Shown here: piece by piece, positions 7,494 through 14,969 of the stretch
How positions within the stretch are numbered: position 1 is the first letter of the stretch
Layout: each line of letters begins with the position of its first letter
Source of the DNA: Cyanobacteriota bacterium
GTDB taxonomy: Bacteria > Cyanobacteriota > Cyanobacteriia > Cyanobacteriales > Nostocaceae
Reading direction: 5' to 3'
Assembly: GCA_046045965.1 (NCBI GenBank)
Contig: JBJOKS010000045.1
Coordinates: 1-24,930, forward strand
DNA length: 24,930 nt
Notes under the pieces: generated by a model
What the model was told of the DNA's origin: nothing
Databases searched by the model: none
What the model saw: only the letters and a program-made list of their open reading frames with translations
Position numbers and translations under genes: made by a program

Positions 7494-9613
7494 CTAATAC
7501 TTTCTGGCGACCATCAGATGAACAAAGACGAACAATTTTATTGATGGAAGCTCTTGGATTAATTCATGACTTAGGCAAAATGAGCGATCGCCTTTTGCAA
7601 AAACAAGACCCTTCATTAAACGTGGAATATGGATACAACTTGTTATCTGACCCACGCAATATTGATATTTATTATAATTTCCAAAATATAACTTGTGATC
7701 CCAGTGCAGAATTTGTTACACAAATCTTAGATACAGCTAACAATCAACCTTGTGCATTTGGTGAAATAACTGGTATAAATGACCCTCTTAAAGAAATTGA
7801 ATTTACATGGGATAGTGAACAGTATAATTTTGCTGAATTAATGCCAATTCTAACCAAACCTAAATTGTCGGTAGATCAAAATGCTAACTGGAATGGGGTT
7901 TTGGGTAAATCAATGAAGCCCGGACTTCTCATTGCTTATTTACATGGCATTGCTCACATTGATAAAGAAGGTGATCCAGAAAAGCATAAACAACCCTATA
8001 GTAGTGTATTTCGTGCTACGCCATTTGGTCATGAGGAGCAAGTAGGTACACAGGGAGTTCAAGAGCTAACAAAAACTCTTAATAAATTACCTCTAAACGA
8101 TATTACAAAGATTGCTACTTCTCAAAGATCAGAGTGGCTTGAACAAATGAAGCTATTGATGCAAAGAGGTTTAGCAGATAATCGAAGACCTCATAATGAA
8201 ATATCTCTTTGGGATTGGGGTTATTCAGTAGCTACATTTGCTAAAGCAGCAACTAATTATATCTTTAAAAGTGGTTGGCCATCAAATATCAGGAAATTAC
8301 CTTTTTGTACACTAAGAATCAATTTGAATATTCTTGAATGCTATACACACAATGATAAGATTAGTGATTTGTTAGGAATTAAGCAAGTTATTGATGATGC
8401 TTTCAAAAAAGTAAAAACACTTCTTGAAGAAAATTATGCTTTAGGAAATCAACTTTATCGTGATGAAACAGGTTCTTATTATCTACTACCTAATATTTTT
8501 GATAATAACGAACAGATAGAGTTAAAACAAGAAATTCAATCTCTATTTCCACCAGATTTGAAACCAAAAATATATTTCAGTAATTCATTTACTGCTGATG
8601 CTCTACACCATTTTAAATCAGGAAGTGATAATTCAAATACAGACAGCAAAAATGCTGCAAAAGGAGATGTAAATAAGCTAGTTGCTGAACCAAGACTAGA
8701 AGCGCGAAAAGAAAAGAAAACTACTAATAATAATTTTTATCTTTTTGAGACAGAGTGGAAAGATAATCGCCCTGAAAACTCAGAAACTTGCACAGTTTGT
8801 GGAGTACGGCCTGTTGGTTATCCACTTCAAGGTTCATGTCCTGAAGTAGAGATAACATTAAGTCAGTGGGCAAAACAGAAGAAAGCTCAAGATCGTAAGA
8901 TTTGCCGTGTTTGTTTAGACAGAAGAGGGCGACGATCTGAGCAATGGCTTAAAAATATTGGGCAGGAACATCAACGAAATACAATCTGGACAGACGAAGT
9001 AGCTGATAATAATGGTCGTTTAGCCCTATTTGTTGGAAAACTGGGTTTAGAAGGTTGGCTTGATGGTACATTACTTTCTACTATTCAAGTGACTGATAAT
9101 ATAACTAAAAATCCCTCTCCTGCTCGGTTGTATCGTATTGCTGAAACAGCCCGTGCTTTTTGGCAAAAAGTGACAGATGAATTAATGCCCAACACTGTTG
9201 GTCTGCGTTCATTTCGTTTAGAGTTATCTCCAGATGTTGATGATTTCCCAGATTTAGGAGATTATCAAGCATACGATTTAGATATTGATGGTGTAGTTTT
9301 AAGTGTGGTTTGGGATAAACCCAATAAAAGATTTTTAATAACAGATAACTTGAATTACTGTTCGACTCAATTAGGTATTACTGAGGCTGATATCATTGAA
9401 AAATTGCAAGGAAAAACCTTTCAGCTTTCAGAGCCATCTAGCTTTTTGCAGTCTAGTCGCCCAAAAACAAAAGTTAATGTTCAAACTGTTAAGCAAATTA
9501 ATGGCTACTATCCTTGCATTTCTCTACTATCTGAACCTACTGTTAGCCTAATCCTAGTTCCGGGGAATAAAGCCTTAGAACTAGGACTTACGCACTGTAC
9601 AAATTCCCTATGA
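7490..9613 (+). pseudogene. csx11: Csx11/Cas10-like large subunit (type III-C), 3'-truncated by a MITE-like element
   Basis: N-terminal HD motif IHDLGK, ADNRRPHNEISLWD, CTVC...CRVC Zn finger, KNPSPARLYRI; the last 9 codons (GLTHCTNSL) come from the element starting at ~9581; no cmr4/cmr5/cmr3 follow. Confidence 0.8.
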
Positions 9614-9865
9614 TGTGCATGAACGAAAATCCGCCGTTTCTCAAATCTTGCACCACTCCGTACCAACTCAGACAATCTAAAAAGATGCGCCATAAGGCTA
9701 CCTGATTTTTATTGGTTTTCAACAGTAAATCAAGGGTTTTGAGATTATAACCCACATTCCGCAGATATTGAAGTATATTAAATAATTAGGAATTGTAAAA
9801 AGACAAAGCCTGAAATGGTTAGCTGGTAATCATTTCAGGCTATTTATTATACAATAATAAGTGCG
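9581..9865. mobile_element. MITE-like element with AGGACTTACGCACT terminus
   Basis: Left end CTAGGACTTACGCACT; partial inverted end AGTGCG at 9860-9865; terminus recognised as a common Nostocales repeat end; no intact ORF. Confidence 0.6.
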
Positions 9866-9875
9866 AAATAGAGAA

Positions 9876-10032
9876 TATAGGACTCCTATTTGAGTTATGA
9901 ACTGTTCTTTTTAACTAACCACAGAGACACAGAGAAGCCAGTGCGTTGGGCGGGTTTCCCGACTTGAAGCAACTGGCGCGACACAGAGGTAGAGAAATAA
10001 GAGATGTTCACATTTCATTTAGGATAGCTATA
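9876..10032. mobile_element. TATAG...CTATA MITE carrying a nested hairpin repeat
   Basis: Ends TATAGGACTCCTATTTGAGTTATGAAC / GTTCACATTTTCATTTAGGATAGCTATA; internal GCCAGT...ACTGGC stem (9937-9977) flanked by GACACAGAG direct repeats. Confidence 0.65.
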
Positions 10033-10046
10033 TATTTTACTAATTA

Positions 10047-10649
10047 TCAATTATTTAAACTCTGCCACAAATACCAACAAGCAATGGTGCGGTAAGGTTG
10101 CCATTGTTGGGCGATTTGTTCTAAGGTTTTTTTATTGGGCAAATCATCCAAATTATAAAGATTACGAATAGCAGTACGAATACCCAAGTCATCAACAGGT
10201 AAAATATCCCAACGATGTAATCTGAAAATCAACAACATTTGTACAGTCCAGCGTCCTATCCCTTTGACTACAGTTAAGGATTTAATGATTGTTTCATCGT
10301 CCATTGTTTGCAGTTCATCTATGTTTGGTAATTCTCCAAACCGTTGTGCTAAATCTTTGATATATGTAATTTTAGGACGGGAAATACCCACTGAATGTAA
10401 AATATCATCGGGTGTATTGAGAATATCATTAACTGTTAATGAATTAGGATAAATTTGTAAAAATCTCTGGTGAATAGCTGCTGCTGCTTTCCCTGAAAGT
10501 TGCTGGTAAATGATGGCGCGAGATAAACAATAAAATAAATCTCCGGTTTGTTGTACCTGGTTTAGTCTGCATTCTCCTATCTGCAATATTACATCTGCTA
10601 AAATAGGATCTTGTTTCAGTGTTTTGATGGCAACAGAGTAATTTATCAT
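10047..10649 (-). CDS. alkA: DNA-3-methyladenine glycosylase II (AlkA/HhH-GPD family)
   Basis: IIYQQLSGKAA, HhH VKGIGRWT, LPVDDLGIR, WQPYRTIACWYLW. Confidence 0.9.
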   Translation of the reverse strand: MINYSVAIKTLKQDPILADVILQIGECRLNQVQQTGDLFYCLSRAIIYQQLSGKAAAAIHQRFLQIYPNSLTVNDILNTPDDILHSVGISRPKITYIKDLAQRFGELPNIDELQTMDDETIIKSLTVVKGIGRWTVQMLLIFRLHRWDILPVDDLGIRTAIRNLYNLDDLPNKKTLEQIAQQWQPYRTIACWYLWQSLNN

Positions 10650-10671
10650 TAATTAGCTATTTCCTCAAATT

Positions 10672-11556
10672 TTAAATGCTGATAGTGAGAAAATTAATAA
10701 TTTCATCTAAGAGTAATTGCGGTTCATCAACACGAATTAAATGACCGCTATTTTCAAATATTTTTAAATAGGCGTTAGGAATAGCTTGGGCAATTTCTTC
10801 TGAAAATTCTGGGGGACATATCCAGTCATGTCGTCCGGCAATTACCAGTGTTGGTGAGGTAATTTTATGTAATTCGTTGAGGATATTATAGTTTCTTAAA
10901 AAGCCACTAAAGGCAATGTTAATAGCATCAACTGAGAGGATAGTTTGGTCTGAGTCTGGGGAATTTGTTTTCCGGTTATTGCTTTGGCAATACATTGGAT
11001 TCATGATTTTAAAAAATTGCCGTAGCTGTTCTTCGTTTTCAAAATTACCTGCCCAAAGTTTAGAAGCGATAGCGTAAGCGCTGACTTGTCAGTTCGCTTT
11101 TTGTTCTGAGTTTCCGCGTTGTGCTAAAATTTCTTGAGCGCGTTGTAAAAAACGGGAACTGGCAGTTGTGGCAATTACTATTAAATGAGAAACATTTTGC
11201 GGATATTTGATAGCATAGGACAGGGCAACCATACCCCCATAGGAAGAACCAATTAAAATGATTTTTTCTAACCCCAAATATTGGCGTAATGCTTCCATGT
11301 CCTCAACGTTATTTTCTAGGGTATAGGTTTCTTTTGATCCACGTGCTGACCTTCCCTGACCCCGATGATCAAAATACACCATTTGTAGGTGATGACTGAG
11401 GGGAAAAAAACAAGGTTTATAGCTGGTGTGGTCTACTCCGGGTCCACCATGAATGATGAAAGCAACTGGTTTTTCACGTATTCCCTGTTCTTCAACTGCT
11501 AAACCACAACCATCTATATCAAAATATATTTCTGTATCTCTTATTTTTGCTTTCAT
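10672..11556 (-). pseudogene. proline iminopeptidase-like alpha/beta hydrolase interrupted by an in-frame 24-nt insertion with a stop
   Basis: HGGPG, DHRGQG and GSSYGG in ORF 11089-11556; GRHDWICP and SGH in ORF 10672-11004; same frame; the single TGA lies inside the insertion. Confidence 0.88.
11071..11094. mobile_element. 24-nt small dispersed repeat inserted in HIP1
   Basis: GCGAT|AGCGTAAGCGCTGACTTGTCAGTT|CGC; removal restores GCGATCGC and the reading frame K-A-I-A-S-K-L. Confidence 0.85.
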
Positions 11557-11912
11557 TTTTAATTTTATACTCTTGATAATCTACAGTTTGCACCAGTAAA
11601 TTAGTAATATTAGTAGAGGTAGATTGGCGAAACTTCAAAGTTTTAATTACCCTTAAAAAAATAGTTGTAGCTTTTCCACTGTTTAAATTGACTTGCTGTT
11701 GTGCATTTAGAATGTACAACAGCTTATCATCCCTATTTCCAGATATCTTAACCAGCAAACTGTTCAAATGGTTTAATCCTACCAAATGTAGATGATTTAA
11801 ACACATTCGGATTTGAGCATATATATATTTAGGCGATTTGTTGTCGTGACTCAGTGTGATTTTGGAATTTTTTAGTGATTTTTTATCACCCAGGATCAAT
11901 CATTTAAAAGCC

Positions 11913-12767
11913 ATGCACCATCCTTTATTGCTGATTTTCGTGAAAATCACGATTTTTTCTTTGATGTTAGCCATAGGAAGCAATCTCTGTTTTGAGGAAA
12001 TGCTCTCACTGTGGCGAAAACCTGTTTTACTATTCCGTGCGCTTTTAGCCGTTGTAGTGCTGGTTCCTGTAGTGGTTATCGTGCTGCTAAAACTGTTTAA
12101 CTTACAGCCAGAAGTGATGACAGGATTAGCCTTGTTAGCGGCTTCTCCAGGTGCGCCTCTGACCACAAAAAGAGCGCAAATGGCTGGATGCAGATTCTCC
12201 TACTCAGCCAGTCTTCAGCTAACTCTCGCTATACTTGCAGTCTGCGTTACTCCCATCACCTTGGGGATTTTTTTCACCCTATTTCAGCATCTTGTAGAAA
12301 AAGTGACAATTTTAGAAGTCGCTCAACAGGTAATTATAGTACAGTTATTACCTGTCAGTATCGGTCTTTTGCTGCAAAAGTTTGTTCCTAAATTTGCCGA
12401 AAAAATCGCCCAACCCTTAAATTTTATTGCTAATGGTCTTTTTTTGGTGCTGGTTATTTTGGCGTGTATTTTAGGAATTCCTCTGTTTTTCCAAGTTTGG
12501 GGATTACCAATGGTTGTGATCACAATTATGGTAATCGCCTCTCTAGCAATCGGATACATTTTAGGGTTTGACGATGATGATACACGACCGATTTTAGCGA
12601 TCGCCTGTATTGCTCGTAATGTCGGTTTAGCTTTGTTTATCGCTATTTTGAATGACATACAACAAAAGGTAATTCCCACACTCATAGCTTATGTAATTGT
12701 AGGAGCAGTTCTAGGTGGTTTTTACTCAATCTGGAATAAACGCAAATTAGAGAAACAACCTACTTAA
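11913..12767 (+). CDS. bile acid:sodium symporter (BASS) family membrane protein
   Basis: Multiple TM segments, ASPGAP and RNVGLAL motifs; ATG 11913 preferred over GTG 11856. Confidence 0.8.
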   Translation: MHHPLLLIFVKITIFSLMLAIGSNLCFEEMLSLWRKPVLLFRALLAVVVLVPVVVIVLLKLFNLQPEVMTGLALLAASPGAPLTTKRAQMAGCRFSYSASLQLTLAILAVCVTPITLGIFFTLFQHLVEKVTILEVAQQVIIVQLLPVSIGLLLQKFVPKFAEKIAQPLNFIANGLFLVLVILACILGIPLFFQVWGLPMVVITIMVIASLAIGYILGFDDDDTRPILAIACIARNVGLALFIAILNDIQQKVIPTLIAYVIVGAVLGGFYSIWNKRKLEKQPT

Positions 12768-12852
12768 AGGCAGTTTTTTAATTCCTCTCTTGCGGCTGGA
12801 GCGTGAGAACAAAAATGTATTTCATTGATTTATTTTCTTATTCAAGAACTTG

Positions 12853-13290
12853 ATGAGTCAGCCACCCAGAAACCCAGAAACACCTGAACAACTTTCTACC
12901 AATGACTTAGCAGCAGATAGGACAGAACTAGCTAAATACCGCAGTCGGGCAGCAGCAGACCGCACATTAATGGCGTGGATACGCACCTGTCTTTCGTTGA
13001 TTGGTTTTGGTTTTGGTATTCCCACCATTGTCAGAGCAATTGAAAATACTCGTCTGAGTCATCATCTCAACTCAGTCAGATTTTCGGTAATTGTGGGACT
13101 GTCTTTTATTGTTACGGGAATGTTGGGAATGGTTTTAGGGTTGAGAGAACACGGTCGGTTACTTAAACAAATTCAAAATAATCGCTATACCTACGAAACC
13201 TCTCACAGTGCGGAAATTATCGGAGTGGCTTTACTCGTAATTGGCTTAGTTAGTTTTATTGGTGTGCTAATTAGGGCAATGAATTTTTAA
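12853..13290 (+). CDS. DUF202/YidH-family inner membrane protein
   Basis: AADRTLMAWIRTCLSLIGFGF motif, three TM segments. Confidence 0.85.
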   Translation: MSQPPRNPETPEQLSTNDLAADRTELAKYRSRAAADRTLMAWIRTCLSLIGFGFGIPTIVRAIENTRLSHHLNSVRFSVIVGLSFIVTGMLGMVLGLREHGRLLKQIQNNRYTYETSHSAEIIGVALLVIGLVSFIGVLIRAMNF

Positions 13291-13291
13291 A
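13240..13291 (+). repeat. direct repeat copy 1 (DUF202 3' end)
   Basis: 46/52 identical to 14843-14894. Confidence 0.9.
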
Positions 13292-13294
13292 GAT

Positions 13295-13699
13295 TTAAGG
13301 TGCAATTAGCTGTAAGTTAGGAAAATAGGTTCTATATCGCTTTGCATCTCTAGTTAGTAAGGGAATTTGTCGGATGACGGCATGAGCGCCAATATAAAAA
13401 TCTGGTAGAGGGGAACGGCGATCGCCTTTACTCTGCCGATATTGCTGAAATGCTTTACCTGCAAGAAAAGCAGCTTCCCAAGGTAAGGGTTCGCGCTGAA
13501 AGAAGTTTGGGGGGATGACGCTATCAAGTTCGTCTAGTTGGACAAAACCAATAGAGACTTCTGCATAGATGATGGGGTTGATGAGGAGATTTCCTCTACT
13601 TTCACATTCTATGAGGTGCAGGGATGACCATTCAAACCAATTTGGGTCTTCGGTGATGATATCGAGAATAATATTGCTATCAACTAAAACATCAGTCAT
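13295..13699 (-). CDS. vapC: VapC-family PIN domain toxin
   Basis: VLVDSNIILD, IYAEVS, PLPDFYIGAHA, LLTRD; overlaps the upstream AbrB-type gene. Confidence 0.9.
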   Translation of the reverse strand: MTDVLVDSNIILDIITEDPNWFEWSSLHLIECESRGNLLINPIIYAEVSIGFVQLDELDSVIPPNFFQREPLPWEAAFLAGKAFQQYRQSKGDRRSPLPDFYIGAHAVIRQIPLLTRDAKRYRTYFPNLQLIAP

Positions 13700-13922
13700 A
13701 AGTGGAGCGAGTGATTTCCATAATTTCGTCAGTGCTGAGATGGGTAGTTGCTTTTCCTCGCATAAGATTGATTAAAGTTTCCCCTCTGGTGGGACTATTT
13801 TTTTTCTGAAGTTGTAATATATTCCCTATAATTTTTAACTCAACCTCAGTACCCGGTAAAAATCCTAGCTCTTCTTGAATATCCAGTGGGATTGTAATGC
13901 TTCCATCTTGGGTTATTTGCAT
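13692..13922 (-). CDS. AbrB/MazE/SpoVT-family antitoxin
   Basis: MQITQDGSITIPLDIQEELGFLPGTEVEL; AGGAG RBS upstream of ATG 13922. Confidence 0.85.
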   Translation of the reverse strand: MQITQDGSITIPLDIQEELGFLPGTEVELKIIGNILQLQKKNSPTRGETLINLMRGKATTHLSTDEIMEITRSTYD

Positions 13923-13963
13923 TTTTATTACTCCTGATTTAATCCTGTAATTCACTTTCCTGA

Positions 13964-14128
13964 TTATACTAAACTAATCTTTTTGGGAGTATAAGACACA
14001 AATTGTCTCTTGCTTTTCTTTTCTTGTGCTTTTAAATCTTGATAAATTGCCTTTAAATCGTAGTTAAATTGTCGAGAATGTGCTTCCCTAGTCTGACGAA
14101 TTTCTTCCACAATTGGATCTTTCCACAT
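13964..14128 (-). CDS. 54-aa conserved-looking small protein (not in the ORF track)
   Basis: MWKDPIVEEIRQTREAHSRQFNYDLKAIYQDLKAQEKKSKRQFVSYTPKKISLV; resembles small DPIVEEI..FNYDL proteins often found beside PIN genes; purine-rich RBS. Confidence 0.7.
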   Translation of the reverse strand: MWKDPIVEEIRQTREAHSRQFNYDLKAIYQDLKAQEKKSKRQFVSYTPKKISLV

Positions 14129-14152
14129 AAATTTTATCTCTCTATCAGTTCT

Positions 14153-14419
14153 TCAGGAGTACAAATGATTACATTTTAATACTGTAATTCCTTCTAACGT
14201 TAATTCCCAGCGATCGCGTGGTGAATCTTCTTCTACATAACGGTTGACTAATCCCCGATGGGCAAGATTTTTTAAAACTTCCATCATGTCAGGTTCTCTC
14301 GGAACATCTTGACGGGAAAGTGCATTCGCTAATTCATACCAACTCCATTGACCTTTTCCTTTCTCAACTAATTTTAGTAAAACAAATTCTAGCTGAGTTA
14401 ATTGAGTCGTGTTTTTCAT
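14153..14419 (-). CDS. winged-helix small protein, putative immunity/antitoxin
   Basis: LTQLEFVLLKLV..WSWYELANALS..MEVLKNLAHRGLV..WELTLEG wHTH pattern; ATGA overlap with the upstream toxin-like gene. Confidence 0.65.
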   Translation of the reverse strand: MKNTTQLTQLEFVLLKLVEKGKGQWSWYELANALSRQDVPREPDMMEVLKNLAHRGLVNRYVEEDSPRDRWELTLEGITVLKCNHLYS

Positions 14420-14829
14420 ATCATATCCTCCACACTAGGATGAAATAAAACTCCAAAACCTTCTTTTAAACCATAATCTTCTAGAGTAGCTGTGTGAGCA
14501 TTATTCCATAATTCATAGGCTTCATCTGGATCACTTGGCTGTCCGATGACATAACCTAATTTTTTATATCTTAAATACTCGCGTAACTCATGAGTATAAA
14601 AACGCAAATCTACTGATTCAGCTTTCGATGTACCTTGAGCAATACCTCTTAATCTCTCTACCATTTTAAGCTCTGCATCACCAACTGGGTTGAACCGACG
14701 AATATGAGTTTCAACAATATCAACTCCTTTAGCAGTAATTTTAACATTTTGATAGGATAGTTGGAGGATAATTCCACCCGCTTGAGATGGATCAAAATTT
14801 CTGCCACTAAATAGACCTTTTTGCCGCAT
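14416..14829 (-). CDS. stand-alone pyocin S3/carocin D-like (non-HNH) DNase toxin domain
   Basis: SGRNFDPSQAGG, RFYTHELRE..RY..LG and WNNAHTATLEDY motifs, recalled as the C-terminal toxic domain of pyocin S3-type bacteriocins and polymorphic toxins. Confidence 0.7.
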   Translation of the reverse strand: MRQKGLFSGRNFDPSQAGGIILQLSYQNVKITAKGVDIVETHIRRFNPVGDAELKMVERLRGIAQGTSKAESVDLRFYTHELREYLRYKKLGYVIGQPSDPDEAYELWNNAHTATLEDYGLKEGFGVLFHPSVEDMI

Positions 14830-14842
14830 ATTTTAGATCATG

Positions 14843-14894
14843 ATTGGCTTAGTTAGTTTTCTTGGTGTAGTAATTCGGGCAATAAATTTATAAA
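14843..14894 (+). repeat. direct repeat copy 2 (orphan DUF202 3' end)
   Basis: Encodes IGLVSFLGVVIRAINL* vs IGLVSFIGVLIRAMNF* in copy 1. Confidence 0.9.
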
Positions 14895-14969
14895 TTATCC
14901 CCTCCTAAAGAGGATATAGAATTTCGGGGCTTTTTGTTAAAAATTAAATATTCTCAAGAGTTTATATTT

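Noticed and set aside
7490..9613. Active cyclic-oligoadenylate synthase Cas10
   Set aside because: No GGDD motif is visible, the protein is truncated, and III-C Csx11 is known to have a degenerate cyclase
9508..9693. 61-aa ORF as a possible transposase
   Set aside because: It straddles the csx11/MITE junction and has no DDE or HUH motif
11519..11899. 126-aa minus-strand ORF
   Set aside because: It spans the AT-rich divergent promoter region, overlaps the peptidase start out of frame, and has no motifs
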